Part shown: positions 1-24,600 of the stretch, piece by piece
How positions within the stretch are numbered: the stretch's first letter is position 1
Layout: each line of letters opens with the position of its first letter
Assembly: GCA_043228905.1 (NCBI GenBank)
Contig: JBHGNT010000001.1
Span: 20,026,001-20,090,000 of the forward strand
Length of the DNA stretch: 64,000 nt
Direction of reading: 5' to 3'
From: Azolla caroliniana
Lineage: Eukaryota; Plantae; Polypodiophyta
Made by a program: the position numbers and the translations under genes
Notes under the pieces: model-generated
Told to the model about the DNA's origin: nothing
Seen by the model: the letters and a program-made list of their open reading frames with translations, nothing else
Databases searched by the model: none

Positions 1-302
1 TAGAATACACTAAACAGAAGTATACTCTATATAGAACTTTTAAATCAACATGTTATAAATCCACTTTAAGCTATCTACATTGTTTTTTTGCATCACATAC
101 CCTGGTGGTATGATTACTGAATGATCAAGATTTTCTTCATGTACCTGTTGATTTGTGTTTCCACTCTTGTGACTAATTCATGTCATAAATGATGGTTTGT
201 GTATATGGTCTCATATGTTATAATGATTATGAACAAACAGCAATGTGAATAAACCATAGGACGAATTATGAGCAACACCTTTCCCACCCCAAATAAACAT
301 AC

Positions 303-12347
<12,045 letters not shown>

Positions 12348-12351
<4 letters not shown>

Positions 12352-12380
12352 TCGATCATCATCATCATCATCATCATCAT
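12348..12380 (-). promoter_or_regulatory. (ATG)8-ATC-GAA-TGA upstream ORF whose stop overlaps the main ATG
   Basis: Minus strand reads cag (ATG)8 ATC GAA TGA tgg; main ATG 12351-12349, uORF TGA 12350-12348. Confidence 0.6.
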
Positions 12381-12445
12381 CTGTGGATCAAAAACAGACA
12401 CAGATAAAAATATCTTCGTTCGTTCGTCTCCACTGTTGTTTGTTG

Positions 12446-12477
<32 letters not shown>

Positions 12478-12522
12478 TCACTCACTCACTCGCGCATTCA
12501 TTCATTCACTCACTCACTCACT
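12446..12522. repeat. Compound tetranucleotide microsatellite (CTAT)n/(CACT)n/(CATT)n
   Basis: Directly visible upstream of the malic enzyme ATG. Confidence 0.85.
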
Positions 12523-12767
12523 CCATGCGTTTGTTTCACACACAAATCGCATTTCTCATCTCCTCTTTCCAGACTTCGTTCTTCGTTCTTCTTCTTCTTA
12601 TTGTTCTTGTTCTCTCTCTCTCGTGCGATTAATTGATTGATTGATTCATGGGAGGAGAAGTGAGTGAGTAGCGGTAGGTAGTGAGAGGAGGAGGGGAAAG
12701 GGGATTGTACATAATAAATATGTAATATGTCTTCTTCTTTTTTGTTTTTGCTCTGAATATGTGTGTG

Positions 12768-12805
12768 CACGTGTAACATTTTCTTTTGGAGAATAGAGTC
12801 ACGTG
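12768..12805. promoter_or_regulatory. Paired G-box (CACGTG) motifs
   Basis: CACGTGTAA at 12768 and 12800, about 420-450 bp upstream of the ATG; function not demonstrated. Confidence 0.35.
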
Positions 12806-12950
12806 TAATCATTGTGGGAGTCATACATAAAAAGAAGGAGAGAGAGAAATGCCTAACCTAACGTTAGATGCTTTTCCTTTTGGGGGGGGGAAAAAGGGAA
12901 GTTTGGGATGCATGACGGGATTATTGTGTTTCCAGGAGAGGATTACAAGA

Positions 12951-13790
12951 AGATTAGATTAGGTTAGATATTTTTGCATTCATAGAGATGCCATAATATT
13001 GACCTATGGAACCTTTAAGTACATAAGTTTTCTTTATGTGTGCCTCCTTCCTAAAGAAGAGATGTTCATACTTTAAATAAAGCACAAAATCTCGATGTAT
13101 GAATAATGCATACCCATATCAACTTCAACCTTCCCGGTGTTTTCTTTAGTGTGACACTCAAACTTCAAAGTCATCACCTTTTCTTAATATGTCATTCTAG
13201 CTTTTACAAATTGCACTATATGTATGTAAAGCATGTAAAAAGCAAGTAATGCTCATCCTCTACTAGCCCGTCCTTGTATTCCTTACATGCCTTTATATTT
13301 GGTTGATTCTAATGCCATAATGCAACCTCAATACTTAGGTTGTGTGATCGAATGCAAAGGAGTATTAGGGCTCTACGAGAGTTAATACTCATGTTAGTAA
13401 CGAGGTAAGGTTGGATATGATCAATAGGTCTTCTTATCTTATATGACCCTAACATTCAGGAATGATGCTTGCAATGTGATATTCTAATTTTGTCTGTTTA
13501 GCATATTTCCACCTTTTCCTTACTAGTTCTATTAATCTTTCCTCAATAACTACATATTTCATACCATCACTCGACAGCTCTAAGATATCTCCCACATCCC
13601 ATCTTTTGAACCATTTTTTTATTTCAATTACCCAACCAAATGAGAGAATTTTGGTATTGTGATTCTTTTGCATTTTCGCATCCAACATTCCAAGCAATAC
13701 ATGGTAATCCATATACTCTCTATAGCACCATTTTCTCTATAGGTTAAACACGTGTTTTTAAGAGTGTAACCAAATAGAAGATGTGTGAGA
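12951..13790 (-). mobile_element. Degenerate LINE (RTE/RTEX-like) 3' portion
   Basis: (AATCT)n tail at 12951-12969; minus frame RSHNLSIEVALWH*..ACKEYKDGLVEDEHYLLFTCFTY resembles the SHxLxIE..CxxC..EDExHxxxxC C-terminus of LINE ORF2; right boundary approximate. Confidence 0.65.
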
Positions 13791-14271
13791 AAGTCAGATC
13801 GACCTCCCTTTGTGAGTTGGACCATTCATAACTCGATCTCTTGCTCGATGGCTTGAATTTCTTGTGTCGTATCATGGGTATGTTGTTCTATGTTTTGTTG
13901 GTCTTTAAAACAACTCCCATGGTGAGAGGGGGTGTTGAGAGGTATGTTGGTGAAAGGGCTAAGAGCGAGGTTTATATTTGGTGATACCCTTGCGGTTACC
14001 CGTCCTCCATAGTAGCGTGTAGGGTTGGATGTGGTGGCCTCTTGATTTGTTTCTGATCGAGCCGTCTCGTTTGGTGGTGTGGTCTATGGTTTGAAGTAAT
14101 TGGGCCAATGTTGGTCCGAGTTTGACATCTTGTGTAAGCCTCAATCTTGTCGAATGCTCATTCTTGTCGAACGCTCGCCCTTGTGACTATTACAACTTTG
14201 GAATTTTTGAGCCAAATTCAAAATTTGCGCCAATGGGTAGATTCGATTTGCTAGTTGTCTTGAATGTTGCA

Positions 14272-14423
14272 TGTTGAGCAAGCAAGTTCAACTTGGGCTG
14301 GATCGGCTGAAGAAGCCGAGTGTCGGATCGGGTGGAGACCGATCGACTAAATAAGCCGAAAGCCAAACCGGATGGCTGAGTTTGATGGCCAAGTCTGATG
14401 GAATCCGATAGGCCGTTAGGGGC
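14272..14423 (+). mobile_element. Copia family A-like LTR 5' fragment
   Basis: TGTTGAGCAAGCAAGTTCAAC..GGATCGGCTGAAGAAGCCGAG matches the start of LTR 33343(-); cut off by the LTR starting at 14424. Confidence 0.65.
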
Positions 14424-14498
14424 TGTAAAGAATCAAGAGTGATTATGTGCAACAGAAGGACTGTGTGTGTGTATGTGCACGTGAGACTAGAGAGAATG

Positions 14499-14545
<47 letters not shown>

Positions 14546-15271
14546 AAACAAGAAACTGTATATTACATCCAACCATAACTAGGTTACAAGAGGTTGGTTT
14601 AAATACCAACTAGTCTAGGGCAAATGCCCTTTCTACTAATTACAAAAATGTCCTAGTACGATGTCCACTAACTAGTGTGAACACTCTCTCTATGGGAAGT
14701 TGAGTTCAATTCTCAACACGCCCCTTCAAACACAACTTCCGTATGTCGAAAAGTCATTTCGGTTCGGTCTTTGGAATACTTCGATTCAGATGAATCAGCT
14801 TCTGGCTTTCGAAATCTTCGAACTTGGTATTCCGCTTTTCGGCTTCATGCCCGTTGTTCATCGTACATCGACTCCTCTGGTCGGTTACTTCTGCTTCTCG
14901 GTTGCTTCCGTGTCACCTGCTATACTCCCCCTCAAGCTTGGCAATGTAGAAATCGTGAGACCAAGGCCCGATACGAATTGCTCGAGCTTATCGACTCCTA
15001 AGGCCTTCGTAAAGATGTTAGCAATTTGAAGGTTTGTACTGTTGTGTTGGAGATCGATTTACGAATTGCTCGAGCTTATCGACTCCTAAGGCCTTCGTAA
15101 AGATGTTAGCAATTTGAAGGTTTGTATTGCTGTGTTGGAGGTTGATTTCGCCAGCCTGAACGCGCTCGCAAATGAAGTGGTAGTGCACTTCGATGTGTTT
15201 AGTCTACACGTGGTGTAAAGAACCAAGAGATGGATTCTTGTGAAGCGGAAGAGATGTGAGTTATGTGTGTG

Positions 15272-15318
<47 letters not shown>

Positions 15319-15627
15319 CGGAGAATACACAAGGTAAAAGTATATTGACAAAGGAGAAAGACTCAACTAAATACAAGGTGGGAGGAGGGTGCTTTATATA
15401 GTCACCCTCTCTCTTCATTAACTACAAGACTCATGGAGCATGGGGAATGTGAAAGCTCATAAGTTATGTGTCATAGAATATGATTCCATGACTCATACTA
15501 AATGCCAGAATACAAAGTGGTGACTTAATGGTGACTCTTGATTGTTGGAGTGTTTATTCACTCTCAAGGTGAGTTCACACACTAGACCAAGTTGAGCTTG
15601 ATTCTTCGAAACCCTAAACCCTAAACC

Positions 15628-18600
15628 GTTATCTTCGAATGCCAAGCACACGGTGCTTGCTTGAGGCCGTAGAGTGGCTTCTTGAGTCAGCATACAACTT
15701 TCGGATGGGTGCTCGAGTTGAAGCCGGGTGGTTGTATCATGTACACCTCCTCTTCTAATTCGCCTTGTAGAAAGGCATTCTTGACGTCCATTTGATGGAG
15801 GTGCCATCCTTTCGCCGCGGCAAGCGCAATTACGGTCCGCACCGTCGTCATCTTTGCCACCGGGGCAAAGGTCTCTTCGTAGTCAACGCCATGCGTCTGA
15901 GCGTATCCTTTCGCTACGAGTCGAGCTTTGTAGCGGTTTACGGAGCCATCGGTGTTATATTTGACCTTGTAGATCCATCTGCATCCGATCGCCTTTTTGT
16001 GTGGTGAGGTGGGAACAAGATTCCACATCTCATTCTTTCGTAGTGCCTGCATCTCCTCGTTCATTGCTTCGATCCATCACGGGTCCTTCGCGGCTTCCGA
16101 AAAAGTTTCCGGCTCCCGTATTGTCGCTACCTTCATCATAAAGGTGTAATGGTACGCCATATAATTGTTGTAGCCGAATCGGCTTACGGGGTTCTTTTCA
16201 CGAGTGGATCGGCGGAGCTTTTCATTTGCAGAGATGAGGGCTTTCTTAGCTCCGATTGGTACCTCGAAACCGCCGAACTCATTGTCGAGTGAGTGAGTCG
16301 ACTCATCGTTGTTGAAGTGATCGTCTTCGTATTCCGACATTTTCGCCTTGCCTTTGTCCATCTTTGGGCTAGGCCGTGATGTGCTTTGATCGCTCAAAGG
16401 CTCTTGTGGTCCGCTCAATCGGGTCGTGATCGGACTTTCTTCGAATATGCGCATAAGGCGATCTTCATCATCGATCTCTTGTTCGGCGAATTCCGGGTCG
16501 AGCGGAGTCGGAGTTGGAGTTGTCTCTGGTGCGTACCAGGATGCGGACTCGTCAAAAACGACGTCTCGACTTACTCGAGATTTTTGAGTTGAGGGGTTGT
16601 AGCACTTGTACCCCTTTTGCTCCAATGAGTATCCTACGAGGATACATTTCTCCGACTTCGGGTCAAGCTTTTGACGTGTCTCGTTGGGGATGTGCACGTA
16701 TGCTATCGCGTCGAATATCCGGATGTGCGATAAGTCCGGCTTCTTTCCAAAGTATTTTTCGTGTGGAGTGACCTCGTGCACGCCGGATGTTGTGCACCGG
16801 TTCATTAGGTAGACGACCGTATTTGCAGCTTTGGCCCAATATGACTTGGGCGTATGCTTCTCGTTCATCATGGCCCGCGCTACTTCGAGGATGTGCCGAT
16901 TTTTGCGCTCGGCTACTCCGTTTTGTTGCGGAGTGTGTCGGCAAGTGAATTCTCGCCGAATTCCTTCCTTTCGGAGATACGCCGTGAAATCATCCGAGAA
17001 GTACTCCTTGCCGCCATCCGATCGAAGGCATCGTACATGTCGGCCCATGGCTTTCTCGACTTCATTCTTGAAATTTTGGAAGTGTTCGAACACTTTGCTC
17101 TTTTGCCGCATCGGGTAGATCCAAGTGTGCCTAGAGAAGTCGTCGATGAAGAGCACGTAATATCGGCATCCGCCGAATGCAGCCATCTGCGCTGGTTCCC
17201 ATACGTCGGAATGGACTACGTCGAGTAGACCTTTGCTCACATTCCGCTCTTTGGGAAATGGGTGTCGGTGTTGCTTGCCGAATTGGCATGCTTCGCATAC
17301 ACCTTCAATCTCCTTCTCTTTGAATGTCGGGAGTCCGATGACGACTCCTTTCGATTTCATTTCTTTGAGTTTGTTGAGATTGATGTGGCCCATTCGCTTG
17401 TGCCATAGCTCTATGTCGGAGTCGGCTTTCGTGTTTTTCGCGAACATGGCGGATTTCATCTCGTGTGAATCGAGAATGAACATCCGGCTCTCTCTTCGTC
17501 CGCGTGCGATGAGTCGGCCCTCTTTTTCGATGAAGCAACCGCCTTGATTAAATCGAACTTGCATCCCTTGCTCTACAATTTGGCCGACGGAGACCAAATT
17601 CTTCGTAATGGTCGGTACATGCAAGACATTTTTAATGTAATTTTGCTTACCTTCTTTTCCGAATGGAACATTGCCAATGTGCCGAATCAGGTGCGTAGTG
17701 TCGTCTCCGGTTTCGACATAGCTGGGTCAGTCCGGCTCTCGAAGTTCTCAGAACCATTCTTGATGAGATGTCATATGGTTCAAGGCACCGGAATCGACGA
17801 ACCATACGTCTTCCGGACTGGAGGCACTAGTTGAGGTAGCGGCCGACATAGAGTTTGCTCTATGTTTCATCATGAACATTCCGCCACGGTCGGAGTTGTG
17901 CGCATACATTCCGCCACGATCTTCGTAGTCGGAGTTGTCTGCATAATTCATGAGTTGTCGGCTTGTGGAAGCCGATTCACGCATCTTCTTTCGGCACTCT
18001 TCTTTGTGGTGGCCGAGCTTTCCGCAATATCCGCATTCGGTTGCATTTTGACGACTTAGGCCGGAGTGGAAGCTCCCCCTTCTTGCGAAGGTTCCTCGTT
18101 GGCCTCCGTTTCGCAGCTGAAATTGGGAGTTGTTGTTGTAGGTCGGACCTCGTCCGCCTTGTCCTTGGCCGAATCGGCCTCTTGCTCGTCCGTGTCCTCT
18201 TCCTCCATTAGAGTGCGTGTAGAGCATGTGGCCTTCCTTGTACACACGTGGTTTTCTTCGACCAATAGCATTGATTGGAGCTCGAAGAAGGAGGGAGATT
18301 TCTCCCGTGCTAGAACGGCGGTTCGCATCGCGCCCAACCGTGGTGCGAGGCCGCCGAGGCATATTTGCACCATTTCATCATCATCTATACTTACGCCTAT
18401 TGAGCCGAGCGAGTCGCAAAGCTCCTTGATCTTCAAGGTGTATGTCGTGATGGACATGTCCCTTTGTTGAATGTTGTTCAACTCTTGGCAGAGTTGAAGC
18501 TTCCTCGCGGTCGGGTTGGCGGCGAAAATCTTTCGTAGATTTTCCCACGCTTCCTTCAGCGTCTTGGCTTCTCGAATGTAACCGAGCATGTGGTCATGAA

Positions 18601-18814
18601 CACATGTCGCCAAACAATACATCACGTGGCTTGCGGCTTGCTCCCATGTCGCGTATCCGGGAGCCGCTTCGGCGGGTCGGTCTTCATGCGCTCCTTTGAT
18701 GTAGCTCCAATAGCCTTGTCCAACAAGGTATTGGTGCATCTTGTACTCCCAAGATGTGAAGTTGTTTCGATCCAACTTCTCGGTAGGGAGAGCGCTCCCC
18801 ATTTGAGTATTCAT
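15628..18814 (-). pseudogene. B2 gag-pol pseudogene
   Basis: gag 18056-18814; zinc knuckle CGYCGKLGHHKEEC and protease WFVDSGA in 17748-18362; integrase 16077-17624; RT N-half 15687-16064; frameshifts and stops. Confidence 0.9.
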
Positions 18815-19247
18815 TATGTCGATTCTTCTTCTTCTTCTTCTTCTCTCTTCGAATGCGAGCTATGTAGCGAAGCTACGATAGCTATGAGCCGGTTCTTGGT
18901 CGTCGGCGTAGAGCGCAACACACGATCACGATGAGGCGAATGGGCTAGATCGAGCTACCAAATCGCTCTGATACCATGTAAATGTTAGGAAACAGGTCCC
19001 TCCGGATGGGAAGTGAAAAGAACAGTGATGATGAGCAAACTCGGCCGAGGCCGAAACTAGATGTGGAGTACCCGACTATGGAAGACCCGATGAGAACCGG
19101 ATGACGAGTACCCAGCAAGAGCCGGATGGTGAAGACCCGGTGAGAACCGGATGTGGAGTACCCGACTACGGAAGACCCGGTGAGAACCGGATGACGTGTG
19201 CCCGGCACACGCCAGATGATGTAGGCCCGGTGAGGAGTGCTCACCGG

Positions 19248-20708
19248 TGTCGCGAAAATACGACGAGGATACGTGAACTTGAGGCAGGACCCCGGGGCCT
19301 CCGACCCAAGGATAATCACATGTGTGCGTTTATATTTTTAACAATTAACAGAAAGAAGAAATTTATAATTTTCATTAACAAAGGAAAAAGAAATTACAAT
19401 ATGTCCCAAGATTGGGATTTAGAAGTTTTAGGTTTACTAAGATTAATAGAAAAGAAAAAAATTAGGGGTTTTGAGAGATATCGCTTCCGTAGGGAAGATT
19501 AGGATTAGGTTATATCAGTATTATGGCTTCCGTAGGGAATTTTAGGGTTTTCGAGAGTTATGGCTTCCCTAAGATAAGGGAGTTGAGAAGAAAATTAAGA
19601 TAATATGGAGAGTATATCCTAGTGTAGGAAAAAAAATGGAATAAAAATGGAGTTCTCCCTTGATCATAACTTTTTCACTTTTTGTTGCATGGCCTCTACT
19701 TTTAGTTGCCTAGCTTTTTCTTTTGGTTGCATGTGACTGTCCACATGACCTTTACTTTTTCCATGCACTCCCTTCTTTAGTTGCTTGCGTCCACATGGCC
19801 TTTACTTTAGTTCTCTTCACTTTACTTTAGTTTGTTGCATGATCCAATCTTTCATCCGTCCGCGTCCAACATCGTCCGGTAGCCGATTCCATTTTGCTTG
19901 CCGGTCGGTTCCGGTTCCGATTTTGCTTGCCGGCCGGTTCCGGTTCCGGTTTTGCTTGCCGGCCGGTTCCGGTTTCGGTTTTGCTTGCCGGCCGGTACCG
20001 GTTTGCTTGCCGGTTCCGGTTTTGCTTACCGGCCCGATTTCCGACTTTGCTTGCCGACCGGTTTCCGGTTTGCATACCGGCCCATTTCCAGATTGCTTGC
20101 CGGTTCCGGTTCCGGTTTCGATTTTGCTTGCCGGCCGGTTCCAGTTCCGGTTTTGCTTGCCGGCCGGTTCCAGTTCCGGTTTGCTTACCGGTTCCGGTTC
20201 CGGTTTTGCTTACCGGCCGATTTCCAGCTTTGCTTGCCGACCGGTTTCCGGTTTGCATACCCGTTCCAGTTCCGGTTTGCTTGCCGGCTGGTTCCAGTTT
20301 TGCATACCGCCGGTTTCCGGATTGCATACCGGCCCGTTTCCGGATTTGCTTACCGGGCCCATTTCCAAATTTGCTTACCGGCCGGTTTCCGGTTTTAGGG
20401 AATTTGGCCACCATCATCCATCAAGACAAAGTGGCCAAAGTGCTCTTAGCACAAATGAAAAATGAGGGAGCTCAAGGTGTTTATATAGCCAGGGCCTTAA
20501 CTTTCCTATCTATGTGGGATAGTTCTAATTTCTCTATCTAATCAAACTTCATTTTCTCATAACTTGATATGTATTTCTCCATTTTGTATATAGTAAAATA
20601 CATTTTGAAGCTCTTGAGTATATCCATCTTTCTATAGTAAGCTACTAATCTAATCTATAATAATTATTTCATTATTTTTTTACATAGTGTGTGAAGATTC
20701 ACACGACA
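19248..20708 (-). mobile_element. Solo LTR of the CCGG-flanked Ty3/gypsy family
   Basis: On minus strand TGTCGTG...CGCGACA; 4-bp TSD CCGG at 19244-19247 and 20709-20712; empty-site sequence visible at about 52641-52670; termini similar to LTRs at 44733 and 51802. Confidence 0.8.
19880..20395. repeat. CCGG-rich degenerate tandem array (unit approx. CCGGTTCCGGTTTTGCTTGCCGG)
   Basis: About 500 bp of short related units inside the LTR; gives stop-free ORFs in several frames. Confidence 0.9.
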
Positions 20709-21217
20709 CCGGATGAAGGGACATATTCGTAAATATGTTTCTGAGAGTCCATCGGGGCTATATTTGTAAATATCCGAAAAGTCATATTAGTATAAATATG
20801 ACTTAGGGAAAACTTAGTACTGTTGTTGTCATTCTTGTTGGTGCAAGATTAAAAGACGTAACTGTGTACAAAGAGAGAGTGAGAGAGAGGAAGAGGTCGT
20901 TGCCTCTGTTGTAACTGCCGCATGTGGCGAAGATAGCAAGCTCGAGGTCGTTGCTTCGGTGCTTTACTATTGTACATTCTAATATAGTGATAGTTTGCAG
21001 TCTGTGGGCTGCCGTGTTTTTCCCTAGTTTGGGTTTTCCACGTTAACATCCTGTGTACTCTTCTCTTCACTGTGTCGTGCGTTCATTACCCGTTTTCTGT
21101 GTTTTATCCTAGGCTCGGTTGTGGCCGAGCGTTGTTCATTGGGAGCGTGTGTTCCTGACAGTAAAGAACCAAGAGATGGATTCTTGTGAAGCGGAAGAGA
21201 TGTGAGTTATGTGTGTG

Positions 21218-21290
<73 letters not shown>

Positions 21291-21679
21291 CAGAGAATAC
21301 ACAAGGTAAAAGTATATTGACAAAGGAGAAAGACTCAACTAAATACAAGGTGGGAGGAGGGTGCTTTATATAGTCACCCTCTCTCTTCATTAACTACAAG
21401 ACTCATGGAGCATGGGGAATGTGAAAGCTCATAAGTTATGTGTCATAGAATATGATTCTATGACTCATACTAAATGTTAGAATACAAAGTGGTGACTTAA
21501 TGGTGACTCTTGATCGTTGGAGTGTCTATTCACTCTCAAGGTGAGTTCACACACTAGACCAAGTTGAGCTTGATTCTCAACACGTGGAATACCGGGTTCC
21601 AAGCGAGGTAGATGTTGCTCATTTTGTCGCAGAAGAGACGAATTGAATCAGTGATGGGAATGCCCAAGTCCTTTAAGAT

Positions 21680-24600
21680 CGTAAGAGAATATGTGTGTGG
21701 AAGCGTATGCGAAAGACATAGAATACATGATTCGGAAATACGACAGTTCAGTAAAACGCAGAAATCACAGAGAAAGAGAGGGAGAGACAGAGTGAGAAAG
21801 AAAGAAAGAAAGAAAGATATATTAACGTCTTCTAAGGCCAAATTTGGCCCATGAGACAAATGGTTTACAAAAAATGGGATATTTACCCATTCATCGTTCA
21901 AAGTAAAAAAAGCATTATGTGTATTTAAGCCACATCCATCTATCCAAATAGTTTAGCCCAAGTCATTGTGAACATTATATGAGAGAGAGAGAGAGAGAGC
22001 AGAAACCGAAACTATATATTCAAATATAAATTTTTGTATGTTCTCTATACTTACTTCATGCTCAATGAGCACCTTTTATACAAGCCCTGTCTATTGGGCT
22101 GACACAAGTACTTACAGTACTTGACCGCTCATAAATGAGCATCCTACACTTACTCCCAAAATTATTCCTTACGAGGAATAACATTCTAACGGCCTCTCGG
22201 TTTACACACTACTACGACCATATTGTGCATATGGTTTTATGCACCCAGTTTTCGCTCTGGGTTACGCACCCAATGTTGAGCTTGTCTCTCAACACTCCCC
22301 CTCACTTGCGCTCCTCGACCCGTTCGATTCCATGCGCTTCGACCCTTCCGGTCTGCTTGTCTACTCATGCAACCCTTCTCAGTTCCCTTGTTGTCGCGGT
22401 GTTGGCGCCTCTTTCGCTACCCTTTCCTCCGCTTGGCCCTCAATCGATTTGTAATGTTTGAATTGAACATTTCGATTAAATCAGTCACTTCCGATTCAAT
22501 TCCACTTTCGCCCTTCTTGGCTGTCTCCAATTCGTCTTCTATTTTCCAACCCTTGACAACATCAGACCACGTCTTGGTCTTGGCCTTTACACCCTTCTTG
22601 GCTGTATTTCCCCTTTATTCGGTTGTCTTTGGCTCTTCCTTGCGATTATGGCCCCTGTTTTCTTCTTCAGCCGACCCGAAATCGAATTCTTCATCAGATT
22701 CGGCATCGCGGTCACTACCGCTCCTTTCACACTCCTGTTCCTATCTCCCCCTCAAGTTCGGCGTGTCAAGGTGACGCAAACCCAGCTCACCTGAGAAATG
22801 CCGCAACTTGTCGAGACCAAGGGGCTTGGTGAAGATATCGGTAATCTACCGACTCGTCGCAACATACGCTAGTTCGACTTCATGAGAAAGGACATGCTTG
22901 CGGAGAAAATTGTGGTGCACCTCAATGTGCTTGGTCCGGGCATGGAATACAAGGTTTTTTGCAAGGTGGATGCTACTGAGGTTGTCGCAATAGATCATCG
23001 TTGGATCGGACACCTCCACATGCAGATCCTGTAATAGTCGTTTCAGCCAAATGACTTCGCATGTAGCGACAATCACCCCTTGATATTCGGTCTCCATGCT
23101 CGACAACGCTAATTTGGCTGCTTCTTATTTCTCCACGCGATCGCCCCGCTTCCCAATGAGAATGTGTATCCGAATGTGGATCTACAATCGTGGGCATTTC
23201 CGGCCCAATTGGCATCCGAGCCAACTAACTGTTCGATTACGCTTGTACGATACAACAACGTTGTTACCGTACGAGATGTATGGGTGATTGATAAGTGAGG
23301 GTGAAAGATGTAATGTATGTGTAATGTTATACGATTATGAGTGTGAATGTAAGTGTGAGTGTGGTGGATACAAAGAGGTGTGGGTGAGTGACTAGGTGTG
23401 AATGCCCACGGGGACTTACACCCTTGTGTATCTACCCCTTTGTACCTATTTAAACCCTTATGGGGAATGAATGAATACAATGATCATTTCTCTCTTAATC
23501 TCTTTCTCTCTTTGTCGAAATCAGACTCTTCACTTTTCATCCAACAAGGTCAGAATGAGCCGGTGAGCATATTGCTCTATGTGGATGATCTTGTTATTGC
23601 CGGCAACGACCTGGATGAAATCGGCTGCGTCAAATCCCAACTCGCGGCATCATTCGAAATGAAGGATCTCGGTGACCTTCATTACTTCCCCGGGATCGAA
23701 GTGATCCGCAACCCTAAAGGCATACTGATCAGTCAATGAAGTGTCAAAAGCTCGACCCGAAGTCGGAGAAATGTATCCTCGTAAGATACTCACTGGAGCA
23801 AGTGCTACAACCCCTCAACTCGAAAATCTCGGGTAAGTCGAGAGGTCTTCTTTGACGAGTCCGCATCCTGGTACGCACCAGAGACAACTCCGACTCCGAC
23901 TCCGCTTGACCCGGAATCTGCCGACCAAGAGATCGGGGATGAAGATCGCCGTATGCGCATGATTGAAGAAAGTCCGATCACGACCCGACTGAGCGGACCA
24001 CAAGAGCCTTTGAGCGATCAAAGCACATCACGGCCTAGCCCGAAGATGGACAAAGGCAAGGCGAAAATGGCGGAATATGAAGACGATCGCTTTGATGACG
24101 ATGAATCGACTCACTCACTCGATAGTAAGTTTGGCGGCTTCGAGGTACCAGTCGGAGCTAAGAAAGCCCTCATCTCTGCAAATGAAAAGCTCCGCCGATC
24201 CACTCGTGAGAAGAACCCTGTAAGACGATTCGGCTACAACGATTATATGGCGTATCATTACACCTTTATGATGAAGGTAGCGACAGTACGAGAGCCGGAA
24301 ACCTTTTCCGAAGCCGCGAAGGACCCCCTATGGATCGAAGCAATGAACGAGGAGATGCAGGCACTACGGAAGAACGAGACATGGGATCTCGTTCCCACCT
24401 CACCACACAAAAAGGCGATCGGATGCAGATGGATCTACAAAGTGAAGTACAACGCGGACGGTTCCGTCAACCGCTACAAAGCTCGACTCGTAGCGAAAGG
24501 ATACGCTGAAACACATGGCGTTGACTACGAAGAAACCTTTGCCCCGTTGGCAAAGATGACGACGGTGCGGACCGTAATTGCGATTGCTGCGGCGAAAGGG

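Larger units (their letters stand above)
18983..21160 (+). mobile_element. Family C solo LTR inserted 6 bp inside the B2 5' LTR
   Basis: TGTTAGGAAACAGGTCCCTCCGGATGGGAAG...CCTGACA; TSD GTAAA at 18978-18982 and 21161-21165. Confidence 0.9.
15214..21582 (-). mobile_element. Ty1/copia element B2 (defective; RT 3' half and RNase H deleted)
   Basis: TSD CGTGG at 15209-15213 and 21583-21587; 3' LTR 15214 to about 15605; 5' LTR 18977-21582 (interrupted); PBS TGGTATCAGAGC 18965-18976. Confidence 0.9.
14424..21679 (-). mobile_element. Copia family B-related remnant B1 (host of B2)
   Basis: 3' LTR 14424-14718 and PPT; RNase H split into about 14930-15213 and 21583-21679 (LKDLGIPI..FCDKMSNIYLAWNPVFH); 88-bp tandem duplication 14972-15147. 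Confidence 0.75.

Noticed and set aside
19040-19247. Regularly spaced repeats that could resemble a CRISPR array
   Set aside because: Tandem units of about 57 bp without unique spacers, part of the family C LTR (also at 52522-52650); eukaryotic context with no cas genes.
19785-20541. 166-226 aa ORFs in several frames
   Set aside because: Artefacts of a stop-free CCGG tandem array inside an LTR.
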